Assembly (NCBI GenBank): GCA_035638255.1
Contig: DASRAJ010000029.1
Span: 54,232 to 118,231, forward strand
Direction: 5' to 3'
Length of the DNA: 64,000 nt
Source: Chitinophagales bacterium
GTDB taxonomy: Bacteria > Bacteroidota > Bacteroidia > Chitinophagales > UBA10324
The notes beneath the pieces are model-generated. The model saw only the letters and a list, made by a program, of their open reading frames with translations. It was not told the origin of the DNA and searched no databases. The position numbers and the translations under genes were made by a program. Positions 38,543 to 47,326 of the stretch are shown in pieces (positions within the stretch are counted from its first letter, which is position 1; each line of letters opens with the position of its first letter).

Positions 38543-39121
38543 TTAAGGATACGCTTTTTTTTGATTCTTTGTAACGCAGAGGTTCAAAATAAAATGTGCT
38601 ACAAAAAATAGAATAGTAATTCCCAAGCTGAATAAAATATTGCTAATAACCAAGTGTTTTAAAGCTATGAAAAGGTAAATTGTATTTACCATTGCAATGA
38701 TTAACAAAACTGGATTAACAAGACTCTTATATTTAGGCTTATCAATTTTTCTGGGTAGAGTTCTTATTTCGCTTTCATTAATCCCACTCGGTAATTTCTG
38801 ATAAAAGTAATTTCTTATTCCGTTTACGGTTCTGGCATAAAGAACTGCTTCGTATTTTACTGTTATTGCAAACCAATAAAATAGAAAACCAATAATAGAG
38901 AGAACAACCATTGAATACCAGAAGGTATTTATGTCTATAACTGAGTTATTTAAGGAAGTACTTGAATCCTCACGATAAAGTATTGAGAGTACAACTAATG
39001 GGACGGAAAAAAACAAAGTATAATACCGAAAGAAAAGGGCGAATTGCTTTTGAGATTCGAAGTGAGCCTTAGCAATATTTTCATACTCTTTAAGCAAAAA
39101 ATTATCAAAAGAATCGTTCAT
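38543..39121 (-). CDS. small four-helix membrane protein
   Basis: 192 aa. A soluble N-terminal ~25 aa is followed by four hydrophobic segments (YTLFFSVPLVVLSIL; SMVVLSIIGFLFYWFAI; VLLIIAMVNTIYLFIAL; ILFSLGITILFFVAHFIL). Confidence 0.5.
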   Translation of the reverse strand: MNDSFDNFLLKEYENIAKAHFESQKQFALFFRYYTLFFSVPLVVLSILYREDSSTSLNNSVIDINTFWYSMVVLSIIGFLFYWFAITVKYEAVLYARTVNGIRNYFYQKLPSGINESEIRTLPRKIDKPKYKSLVNPVLLIIAMVNTIYLFIALKHLVISNILFSLGITILFFVAHFILNLCVTKNQKKAYP

Positions 39122-39271
39122 CTTTTATTATTTAAATTTAGCTATCCTTAATTCATTTTTTTGTACTTTATTTTGGTAAAGGTAACAAGTTGTGAGTTAA
39201 TTCGTCCGCCTAATTCAATGTTTATCAGCTCGACTCTCTATAAAGTATTCTCAAAGAAAGAAGGTTTATTG

Positions 39272-40807
39272 TCAGAATTTCATAGCATGATCTATAGTGT
39301 TGAGCACGATGGGCAAAGTTTTCATTTTTGAAAAATCTTTTTTCTGTTCTTCATGATTAATCGCAAGGGATAAATAAATAATCGTTGCTCTCACGAGTTT
39401 TAAAAGCTTTAATGTTTTCGCTTCAAATTGAGATCGTGTTATTGTATAAGAAATGTCGTTACTCTCGTCATAAACTTTAGGTAGAAATTCAAAATCTGAA
39501 ACGATTTTGAATGCTTTATGCTCAATATGATTTCTAATTATCGCAATTTCTCTTGCATCTGGTTCAATTACGGTCTCAAAACCTTGCTCGGTCTCATATA
39601 AATCTTTGCTTAACCAGAATAGTCCACGAAGCGCCCAATTGTCCGACTGAGCGAAAAAATTTCTGAGAGTTCTTTTTTCATAATTTTCATACCACAAAGA
39701 TCGAAAGCTTACTCTTACTGGATTAATTCCGAGTTTTAAATAATCGTTAAGAAGGAATGCCGTTTTGTCAAGTATCGAATACGCTAATCGGAAGGACATT
39801 TTTATTTGTTCAATGTAGTAGGAATACCGAGCAGTTTCAAATGTTTCTAGAATTACAATGTCCGTATCTGAATAATGCGGCTTTGTACTGTGAGTAGAGT
39901 CAAAGTATGAAAATCTCGCTGTTCCAAATTCTTGTTTAATCTGGTTGAACATTGTTATATAGATCGGTGGTTTTTTGATCTCAAAAATGAGATTGGGCAA
40001 ATTCAAGCAATCATGACATGCAACGTTGTAATTGCCCAAATCATTAAGAGGATTTACGTAAAGTTTGTTTGCTAATGACCATAATCGATATGCTCTTAAT
40101 CTTTTTTCTTTCCCAAGAGGATATTTATTAAGGTTTGGGATTTTATTTCTCAATTCTTCAGGTATTGCTGGTTCAAGATGATCATGTAGATGTCTGAAAA
40201 AAGAAGCAGCACCTGGTTCCAAATATTTTTCTAATTGGAGTGCTGAATCAAGGTAATGATAACTGAAGATGTTAAAAATGCTCCGATGACTCATATCAAA
40301 TAGATAGTTTCCATAATAGTATAGCCCATTTCCCTTATTTGCCAGTGCCATAGGGAAATATGGAATAATTTCTAGCGTTCGTGTCCAATATTCCTGTGCC
40401 TCTACAAATCTTCCGATGTAGGATAAAGTGTTTCCAAGATTAGTAAGTATTTGACATTTTCTATTCGGAATAGTTTGATCAAACCCGGGTAGTGAAATGG
40501 CTTTTCGCAGGTGAAAAATTTCCTCCGAAATTTCAGACAATTGAAAATTCCAAGTGTCATTTTTATCAGAATACTTTAATTTTTTTGTGTAATTCCAACC
40601 ATTGGAAAGATCATAGTGATAAACTACTTTGTTTGCTTCACTTAATTTATCATAGTCAATTTGTTTCGCTAAAGCGAAGGCGTGTTCAATTCCACTAAGA
40701 CTTGAACTATCAAATGAAAGATCGAAAAGATTTCCAATGATGTCGATCTGTCCTCCCTCAGAGTAGGAGGTAAGATCAGTGATCTGGAGAAGAGATTTAA
40801 GCTCCAT
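39272..40807 (-). CDS. TPR + HEPN-domain protein (LA2681-like HEPN suspected)
   Basis: 511 aa. TPR-like segment GRFVEAQEYWTRTLEIIPYFPMALANKGNGLYYYG. The C-terminal AIIRNHIEHKAF carries an R-x4-H (RNxxxH) HEPN motif. Confidence 0.5.
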   Translation of the reverse strand: MELKSLLQITDLTSYSEGGQIDIIGNLFDLSFDSSSLSGIEHAFALAKQIDYDKLSEANKVVYHYDLSNGWNYTKKLKYSDKNDTWNFQLSEISEEIFHLRKAISLPGFDQTIPNRKCQILTNLGNTLSYIGRFVEAQEYWTRTLEIIPYFPMALANKGNGLYYYGNYLFDMSHRSIFNIFSYHYLDSALQLEKYLEPGAASFFRHLHDHLEPAIPEELRNKIPNLNKYPLGKEKRLRAYRLWSLANKLYVNPLNDLGNYNVACHDCLNLPNLIFEIKKPPIYITMFNQIKQEFGTARFSYFDSTHSTKPHYSDTDIVILETFETARYSYYIEQIKMSFRLAYSILDKTAFLLNDYLKLGINPVRVSFRSLWYENYEKRTLRNFFAQSDNWALRGLFWLSKDLYETEQGFETVIEPDAREIAIIRNHIEHKAFKIVSDFEFLPKVYDESNDISYTITRSQFEAKTLKLLKLVRATIIYLSLAINHEEQKKDFSKMKTLPIVLNTIDHAMKF

Positions 40808-40814
40808 AGTTTGT

Positions 40815-41603
40815 TCAAAAATTTATTTCGGCTTGATGGTCAAAGTTCTTCTTCTTTTGTGTGAGATTGCTTTGCTTACTTACTACACGAAGTTTTGCCA
40901 CTTGGCGATGGTAGACGGAAAATTCTTTTCTTAAAAGTTCGTCCTTGAACTGCTTCCGATATTCGTTATCACCAAAACCGATATATTCAATCTGAGCAGG
41001 GTTAACATTTTTTATTGTGATAAAGTCTTCAACAATTTTGTTGAAAGTCATTGGAGGAGTGTGATCAACCGTTGCCTCAACATACTTGATTTTTACTCTC
41101 ATTTTTTCATCAAGAACACATCCCTCTTTATCAATCGTCTTGTTTTTGTAATTGACCAAATGCTGAATTATTTGATCCGCAATTGCGCTTCGAGCTGATA
41201 GCTTGAATATTTTAATCGGTTCTTGATGAGTATCATTGTCTATGCAATTTAGATAACTGAAATCTGTCTCTGTGCCATCAACTCGTACTATGTGAAAACA
41301 TTTTGTTTTTTGCCATTGCGTATCAGTCCGGACAATAATATCCTTAATTCCTTTTCCAATTTTCTTTTCATATTCAGGATGTCCCTTCAAAAGTTCAGCG
41401 ACAAATTCAAAATCAGACTTCTCAAGAGAATCTTTCACCTTGTACTTATTGAGAATCGCTTTAGTAAAAGTCTTTAGCTCTAGTTTAGTTTTGAAAATCT
41501 TTTCAGCAATTTCAAATGTTGGTCTTTCCTTCATGGAAGAAATTGATTTTATTGCAATCATTTTTGGAATGAGTAAAGTAGAAAATGAATTGAATGTAGC
41601 CAT
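40815..41603 (-). CDS. DUF3223-like protein with possible HNH-like C-terminal region
   Basis: 262 aa. CFHIVRVDGTETDFSYLNCI matches my recollection of the DUF3223 core (D-F-S-Y-x-x-C). The C-terminal VDHTPP...FSVYHRQVAKLRVVSKQSN is loosely HNH-like. It ends 7 nt before the HEPN gene. Confidence 0.4.
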   Translation of the reverse strand: MATFNSFSTLLIPKMIAIKSISSMKERPTFEIAEKIFKTKLELKTFTKAILNKYKVKDSLEKSDFEFVAELLKGHPEYEKKIGKGIKDIIVRTDTQWQKTKCFHIVRVDGTETDFSYLNCIDNDTHQEPIKIFKLSARSAIADQIIQHLVNYKNKTIDKEGCVLDEKMRVKIKYVEATVDHTPPMTFNKIVEDFITIKNVNPAQIEYIGFGDNEYRKQFKDELLRKEFSVYHRQVAKLRVVSKQSNLTQKKKNFDHQAEINF

Positions 41604-41639
41604 GAAAATATTTCAACAGCGATAGTTGCATGCAGTATT

Positions 41640-42660
41640 TTCGTTGCAATCGCTAATACAAATGCTAAGGGGTGCAAATGCACTTCTTAGATTGATGTCT
41701 GTTCCGCTTCGCTCTACAGACAGTGAGTTATCGTGTTGATTTCATCCAAGCTGATACTACAGGTAAAGCGGTGTTCAGCTTCCTTGTTCAGCAAGAAAAT
41801 GTGCCAAGCCATTGCAACACTTGTAATGATCTCAAAAGCTTGCAGCGGTCATTACAAGAGTTGCATGCCCTTCGCTGAACCGGGCACTGCGTGCTTCCGT
41901 TCAGTCTTCGGGTGCTGTCGCAGCTTGTCATATTTTCTGCAGTTCACTTCGTCAGCTTCACTGCAGGCTTTCTGTCCTTTGTGGAATATTCTTCATCACG
42001 GACTATAGTTATTTGAACCGCTCCATTTCGCAACCTCTCTCCATATAGCCCTGAATTCGGCTTGTATTACCTCTACAACGAGACACAGCGCTCATACAAC
42101 CACGAATTCAACGTGCTATGCCTCCCATGCTCATTCCGCTTTATTGAAGTCCGTATTCCGAAAGATCCACAAAGTCCATCGCCTGCATCAATTGGCTCGC
42201 CTGCGACACTCAGTCGGCTCCGTGCCTGACATGGTTTTTGTTCTCCGCATTGCTTGTCTCACACCAGGAGCAATCACACAAGCAGCTATCACCCAATGAA
42301 CAAAAACACACGCCAGGCACTGCGTGTTTTCAACATAGCTGTACATCGTCCTCCTACGTCGGACTAAAATGTACACCACCTCCTTCGTACTCGCAACGGC
42401 GAGCAGCACAGCGACTGCAATGAACTATTGCATTCGCTTTTCCTCTCGCTTGCTGAAGGCTCTTTTACCTGCGCGTCTCTACTTCTAACTATTAAAATCA
42501 CTTGAGATGATTGTTATCCCTCATCTTGAAATTTGAATTCCATTTACTGAGAAGCGAAAGCGGACGAAACTTCAACAGAATTTGCCTATTGATATACTTA
42601 CTACTGTTCTCACATTTTACATTATGTGATAAGAATGTGGAGAAGAAACATTTAGTAAAA
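41640..42660. ncRNA. candidate large structured RNA (or other structured DNA element); family unknown
   Basis: This ~1 kb has only 61-91-aa ORFs with no gene-like features. Hand counts give 34/60 and 35/60 G+C (lines 41,881 and 42,181) against 20/60 in flanking line 41,401. A 16-position stem with one mismatch pairs 41,814-41,829 with 41,849-41,864, nested inside gttcagc/gctgaac. A 7-bp stem ctgcagt/actgcag pairs 41,937-41,943 with 41,960-41,966. The 11-nt ggcactgcgtg occurs at 41,883 and 42,316. Confidence 0.3.
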
Positions 42661-42687
42661 TTTATTTAATAGGTTGATTAATTTCTT

Positions 42688-43029
42688 TCAAAATGCAATT
42701 TTTCTAATTTGCCTGACCTCTATCTTTCCGTCTACCTGGTATATTGGACAGCCCATTGCTAACGAAATCGCGTTTTCTAAATCTGTTGCTTTAATAAAAA
42801 TGAATCCGTTAATATTATTTTCCTTAGTAAAGGAGCTATCAGATATTATTTTATTCTTCCCGCTTATTTGTTTCCCAGTTGGCTCAATCGGTTCACCTAA
42901 TATATAAGCATCATTATCTTTCAAGACTTTTATCCAGTCTAACCACTTTTGCAAATAATCCTGCATCTGTTGCGGAGATAGTTTCTTAAGCACTCCTTCT
43001 TCATGAAAAAAGTAAACGAACTTTTCCAT
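42688..43029 (-). CDS. YciI-like (YCII/DGPF) family protein
   Basis: 113 aa. ...FIFIKATDLENAISLAMGCPIYQVDGKIEVRQI matches the YciI-family C-terminal pattern (igGy.i.a.s.deA...a...P......iEvRpi). Confidence 0.6.
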   Translation of the reverse strand: MEKFVYFFHEEGVLKKLSPQQMQDYLQKWLDWIKVLKDNDAYILGEPIEPTGKQISGKNKIISDSSFTKENNINGFIFIKATDLENAISLAMGCPIYQVDGKIEVRQIRKIAF

Positions 43030-43073
43030 TCTTCAATTCCTAAGAATGCAGAGTGATAAGGTGAATTAATAAA

Positions 43074-43529
43074 TTATTTTATTCTTGTTTTTCCTTTATG
43101 AGGCGTGCCCTTTCCAGTGGTCATCAGAGTATGCAGACTGTTACCTACAAAAAGGTTCCAGCCCTTCTCACAATCTGCATAGCATTCCATCTTGGGGGTT
43201 AGTCCCATGTGAGTCATATCAACCTTTACACCCTCTTTAGTTTTACTTATTTCCCAAACCACTCTCGTATCCTTCCATTCTTTTTTGTCGTTCATTGTGT
43301 GCAGAAAACAGTCTGTTACATACCACACTATTTTTTTACTCTGTTCTAGTTCAGTGATTTTAAATTTTACCCATGTGTCGCGGGAATAGTAGGTAAACAC
43401 ATCATTTTTCTTTTCCGAGTTGCCATCAATGTCTTCACCCCACCATGCTTTGGGATTATTGATATGCTTCATAGCTTCTTCGGGGGTAATTTTTTCAGAA
43501 ACACTAATGTGATAATTTTTCTTTTCCAT
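43074..43529 (-). CDS. SRPBCC (AHSA1/START-like) family protein, paralogue 1
   Basis: 151 aa, paralogous to the next two ORFs (MEKKNY..., W-x-x-D/E-x-x-G-x-S, KIVWxVTD, KEWKDT, the MTHxGL motif and ECYxxCxxGW). Confidence 0.7.
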   Translation of the reverse strand: MEKKNYHISVSEKITPEEAMKHINNPKAWWGEDIDGNSEKKNDVFTYYSRDTWVKFKITELEQSKKIVWYVTDCFLHTMNDKKEWKDTRVVWEISKTKEGVKVDMTHMGLTPKMECYADCEKGWNLFVGNSLHTLMTTGKGTPHKGKTRIK

Positions 43530-43555
43530 TATGATAAATTTCTTTGAATTAAAAT

Positions 43556-44014
43556 TTATTTGGAAGACTTTTGTTTATCTTCAAATGTAATTCCCTTGCC
43601 TTCGCTAATTAATTTGAATAAACTTTCCTTAATATAACTGTCCCAACCTTTTGAACAGTCGTTGTAACATTCTATGCCAGGAACTATCCCAACATGAGTA
43701 AAATTTATTTGTGTTGAATTTTCTTTCTGTGAAATTTCAAAAACCATTTTGGTATCCTTCCATTCTTTTTTATTATTAATCCAATGGAGGTTGCAGTCTG
43801 TAACTAACCAAACAACTTTCTTGGCAGGAATCATTTCAACAATTTTGTGAGTTACAAAAGTTTCACCGAAGCGAACTGTAAAAACATCATTGAGTTTTTG
43901 TGAGTTGCCTTCTACACTTTCTGTCCACCATTTTGAAACAGCAGTGATGCAGTTGAAAACGTCTTTCGGAGATTTTGCGACTTCAATTGTTGTAGTGTAA
44001 TTTTTCTTTTCCAT
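43556..44014 (-). CDS. SRPBCC (AHSA1/START-like) family protein, paralogue 2
   Basis: 152 aa. Its first 23 aa are identical to paralogue 3 (MEKKNYTTTIEVAKSPKDVFNCI). It has the same motif set as paralogue 1. Confidence 0.7.
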   Translation of the reverse strand: MEKKNYTTTIEVAKSPKDVFNCITAVSKWWTESVEGNSQKLNDVFTVRFGETFVTHKIVEMIPAKKVVWLVTDCNLHWINNKKEWKDTKMVFEISQKENSTQINFTHVGIVPGIECYNDCSKGWDSYIKESLFKLISEGKGITFEDKQKSSK

Positions 44015-44036
44015 ATCCTTACTTTGTTTTAATAAT

Positions 44037-44471
44037 TTATATCGCTTTACCAGTGGTTATAAAGTTGAACAGCCAGTCTTTAATGATCATATTCCAGCCC
44101 TGCTCACACTTTGCATAACATTCCTTTTCAGGCACAAGTCCTTCGTGTGTAAAGTGAAGCACGGTTTTATCACCTTTAGTGGTTATCTCAAAAATCATTT
44201 TGGTATTTGTCCATTCATTCTTGTCCTTTTCAATCCAATTTAGTTTACTGTCTGTAACAAGCCACACAACTTTTTTATCAGGCACAACCTCAACAAGTTT
44301 ATGTTTTGAATAATGCCTATCGCCAAACCTGATTATAAATTCATCATTCAGTTTTGTGCTGCTGCCTTCAAATTCTTTTGACCACCATTTTGAAACATTA
44401 TTGATGCAGTTGAAAACGTCTTTCGGAGATTTTGCGACTTCAATTGTTGTAGTGTAATTTTTCTTTTCCAT
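44037..44471 (-). CDS. SRPBCC (AHSA1/START-like) family protein, paralogue 3
   Basis: 144 aa. Its 69-nt 5' end (44,403-44,471) is identical to 43,946-44,014. Confidence 0.7.
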   Translation of the reverse strand: MEKKNYTTTIEVAKSPKDVFNCINNVSKWWSKEFEGSSTKLNDEFIIRFGDRHYSKHKLVEVVPDKKVVWLVTDSKLNWIEKDKNEWTNTKMIFEITTKGDKTVLHFTHEGLVPEKECYAKCEQGWNMIIKDWLFNFITTGKAI

Positions 44472-44531
44472 TTTTATTTAAATTATGTTTAATAATAATT
44501 ATGCACTTTATAGTATAGCGTATTTTTTTGT

Positions 44532-44987
44532 CTATTGAAATCCTTTATTGGCTCCTTCTTTTACCTTGGTAACATTTGGTCCATCTCCCAAGCCCTCATA
44601 AAAGGAGAGGTCCTCATTTATTCCGACTAATCTCCAGCATTGTCCACCTGGGGCTTGAAAGTAGAGGTGAGAGTCTGGCACTTCAAGTTTCGTGACACCG
44701 AAATCAAGAATTTTCTTTGTTAATTCCTCCACATTGTCTGACTTGATTTCAAGCCACATCGCTCTTGCAGTTCGTAAGAACTCGCTTTCATCAGGAACAT
44801 CTCCATAAAGAAAGCCGATGAAGTTTTCTCCCAAACGAAGGAAGTCCCTCTCATCTTCTTCTTTTGTGATTTTGCCTCCAAGGACATCACAATAAAATTT
44901 ACGAATGCTGTCGCGGTCTTTGCGCGGAACTATAACTGACGAATGATTTCCAAAAATTACTTTTGGTGTTATTGCTTTATTTTCCAT
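44532..44987 (-). CDS. VOC/glyoxalase-fold protein
   Basis: 151 aa. IRKFYCDVLGGK...FLYG...LEIKSDNVEEL...L.FGV and HLYFQAPGGQCWRLV fit a paired beta-alpha-beta-beta-beta VOC fold. Confidence 0.55.
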   Translation of the reverse strand: MENKAITPKVIFGNHSSVIVPRKDRDSIRKFYCDVLGGKITKEEDERDFLRLGENFIGFLYGDVPDESEFLRTARAMWLEIKSDNVEELTKKILDFGVTKLEVPDSHLYFQAPGGQCWRLVGINEDLSFYEGLGDGPNVTKVKEGANKGFQ

Positions 44988-45028
44988 TTTGATTTTGTTT
45001 TAATTGTTTATTAAATGTGAATTTGTAA

Positions 45029-45265
45029 TTATTGAGTTTTCCTTTGCGGCAGTATATCCTGCAATTTAATACGACAAGCTTTTATTATGTCTCTTGCAAT
45101 TTCAAAATGATTTTCTTCGCAAGTAGATTCTATTGTAAGTATTTTATCGGGGTGGAACAAATTAATGTGAAGATAGCCGTCAGGAAAAAGAGGTTTAAGA
45201 ATAGCAAGCAATGTATTTGCTTCTTCTTCCGTCTGTATTGTTGTTTTGAATTTTACAATTTTCAT
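45029..45265 (-). CDS. small hypothetical protein
   Basis: 78-aa ORF whose stop region overlaps the upstream gene's end (45,262-45,265). No motif recognised. Confidence 0.35.
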   Translation of the reverse strand: MKIVKFKTTIQTEEEANTLLAILKPLFPDGYLHINLFHPDKILTIESTCEENHFEIARDIIKACRIKLQDILPQRKTQ

Positions 45266-45741
45266 TTGCTGCCCCAGAATTCGTTTTCCTTATTTATATC
45301 TGATGTAAAAACTTTAACGCTTGTTACCAAGCTATCCTTAATCGTAAGGAAGTAAATGTTGGTAACGCTTAAAATTCTTCCTATCGGTTGTACTGCCGTG
45401 ATATTCACAAAACATGAAACATCATTTCCGTTAAAAGCTATTGTCCAGTTTGTATCAATTGAAAAAGTTGTCGCAGAGAGTTCTGAAATTCTGCTGAACA
45501 TCTGAATAATCTCATTTGCATTTTTCTTTATTCCTGAAATGCGATTGCTGCCCGGTTGCGACCATTGAGCATCTGACCTGAATATTTTTTTAAAAGCAAT
45601 AGTGTCTTTTGTTCTAATGGCTTGTAAAAATGTTTTTGTAATAGAAGAATAATTATTTACTAAATCCTTCGCGGTTGATTCTTGAGCATCAGTCGTTCTG
45701 CTTATGATTAGCATTAAAAAAATTAAACTCACTATTTTCAT
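45262..45741 (-). CDS. secreted SnoaL/NTF2-like fold protein
   Basis: 159 aa with a signal peptide (IFLMLIISRTTDAQ). Size and pattern (..FLQAIRTKD..AFKKIF..DAQWSQPG...) are consistent with an NTF2-like/SnoaL cone fold. Confidence 0.45.
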   Translation of the reverse strand: MKIVSLIFLMLIISRTTDAQESTAKDLVNNYSSITKTFLQAIRTKDTIAFKKIFRSDAQWSQPGSNRISGIKKNANEIIQMFSRISELSATTFSIDTNWTIAFNGNDVSCFVNITAVQPIGRILSVTNIYFLTIKDSLVTSVKVFTSDINKENEFWGSK

Positions 45742-45765
45742 TTTACTTTGAGAATTTAAGAACCG

Positions 45766-46137
45766 TTATTCCGGAGAGTGAAAACCAATTTTGTTCCCTT
45801 CGGTATCAATGAAAAGAGCAATAAAGCCAAAATCGCCATTCGCAGCTTTGTGCATTGTGATTTTGCCACCTGCTTTTTCTACTCTTGATAATGGTTTTGA
45901 TAAATCAGCGCCACCACTTAAATATACAAGCGAACCTGTTTTTGACGGCTTATATCCTTTGCCTTCAACGATTGCACCTCCACCACCGGCTTCAACCATT
46001 TCGTGAGGAAACATTCCCCACTTGCCTCTTGGAGTTGGCACTAATTCAATTTTTACTTTGAGAACTGTTTCGTAAAACTTTTTTGCTCTTGCAAAATCTG
46101 TTACAGGAATTTCAATCCATGTGATTGCGTTTGTCAT
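45766..46137 (-). CDS. VOC/glyoxalase family protein
   Basis: 123 aa. ITWIEIPVTDFARAKKFYETVL...GGGAIV...YLS..D......V...GG.I.......GDFGFIALFIDTEGNKIGFHS is the typical PhnB/glyoxalase-like pattern. Confidence 0.7.
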   Translation of the reverse strand: MTNAITWIEIPVTDFARAKKFYETVLKVKIELVPTPRGKWGMFPHEMVEAGGGGAIVEGKGYKPSKTGSLVYLSGGADLSKPLSRVEKAGGKITMHKAANGDFGFIALFIDTEGNKIGFHSPE

Positions 46138-46280
46138 TTTGCTTACTTTATGGTTGTGTCTAAAAACATGGGGACAATATTAGTGTCGCAAAGTGGAAAA
46201 GGAGGTTGGTGCAGGCGACAACCTTGGGGGTGTAATGCGACAACACCCTTTTTTTATATTTGCTTCAAAATTCATTTGCG

Positions 46281-47264
46281 ATGAAGCATATTTCAATTCT
46301 TGTTCCCGAAGGGGAAATGACTTTTAGCAGTGTGATTGGCACTTATGAAGTGTTTACAAAGTTGAATGGCTACCTCGTAAGAATGGGTAAGAAATCTGCT
46401 TTTAAAATTCAGTTGGTAGGAAATAAAAAGAAATTGAGTTTACATGATGGATTGATTTCTGTTCAGCCGAACATTAGTTTTAAGCAAGTGAAGAAAACGG
46501 ATTTGATAATTATTCCTGCTATTCCACCGAATCAAAAAGCGGTGAAAGAGAACAAGGTTTTTGCATCATGGATTGTTGAACAATATAAGCACGGTGCGGA
46601 AGTGGCAAGTATTTGCACGGGTGCTTTTTTATTGGCTTCAACTGGTTTGCTGGATGGAAAAAGTTGTTCAACTCATTGGAATGCTGCTGAATCATTCAGA
46701 CAACTATTTCCGAAAGTGAATTTGGTTACTGAAAAATTGATTACGGATGAACATGGTATTTATACTAATGGCGGTGCGTTTTCTTTTTTAAATCTATTGG
46801 TGCATTTGGTGGAAAAATATTGTGGCAGAGAGGTTGCAATTTACTGTTCAAAGTTTGCAGAAATTGATATTGACAGAAATTGTCAATCACCTTTCAGTAT
46901 TTTTCTTGGTCAGAAAAGCCATGCTGATGAACCTGTGAAAATTGCACAACATTTTATTGAGAATAATGTAACGGAAAAAATATCGGTGGATGATCTTTCA
47001 GAGAAGCTCAGTTTGAGTAAGCGAAATTTTGAAAGGCGTTTTAAAAAAGCAACCGGCAATACACCTATTGACTACGTTCAACGAGCGAAAATCGAATATG
47101 CTAAAAAGAATCTTGAAACGGGCAGAAAGAATGTGAATGATGTTATGTATGAAGTAGGTTATTCTGATCGAAAGGCATTCAGAAATACTTTTAAAAAGAT
47201 TACGGGATTATTGCCGCTTCAATACCGGAATAAGTATAATAAGGAAGCTGCTGTTGTCGGTTAA
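46281..47264 (+). CDS. GlxA-type transcriptional regulator (DJ-1/PfpI domain + AraC-family HTH)
   Basis: The N-terminal DJ-1/PfpI-like domain has the nucleophile-elbow-like SICTGAFLLASTGLLDG. The C-terminal AraC HTH reads LSLSKRNFERRFKKATGNTPIDYVQRAKIEYAKKNLE...VNDVMYEVGYSDRKAFRNTFKKITGLLPLQYR. I chose the internal Met (MKHISILV). Confidence 0.85.
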   Translation: MKHISILVPEGEMTFSSVIGTYEVFTKLNGYLVRMGKKSAFKIQLVGNKKKLSLHDGLISVQPNISFKQVKKTDLIIIPAIPPNQKAVKENKVFASWIVEQYKHGAEVASICTGAFLLASTGLLDGKSCSTHWNAAESFRQLFPKVNLVTEKLITDEHGIYTNGGAFSFLNLLVHLVEKYCGREVAIYCSKFAEIDIDRNCQSPFSIFLGQKSHADEPVKIAQHFIENNVTEKISVDDLSEKLSLSKRNFERRFKKATGNTPIDYVQRAKIEYAKKNLETGRKNVNDVMYEVGYSDRKAFRNTFKKITGLLPLQYRNKYNKEAAVVG

Positions 47265-47326
47265 TAAATTGTGCGCCATTACGGAAAAACAAAATTGCGG
47301 TGAGCAGAAAATGCTCTCTTAAAATC

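Noticed and set aside
41733-42423. Short ORFs (91, 73 and 61 aa) in the GC-rich segment as real genes.
   Set aside because: They overlap each other on both strands, are Cys/Ser/Ala-rich and low-complexity, and have no motifs. The region is better explained as non-coding structured sequence or a decayed gene.
41625-42687. Group II intron, tmRNA, RNase P RNA or tRNA in the GC-rich segment.
   Set aside because: I found no GUGYG start with a domain V-like hairpin, no reverse transcriptase ORF, no tag-peptide reading frame ending in ALAA, no GGAAAGUCCGG-type RNase P core and no GTTCRANNC T-loop with matching stems. This was checked by eye only.
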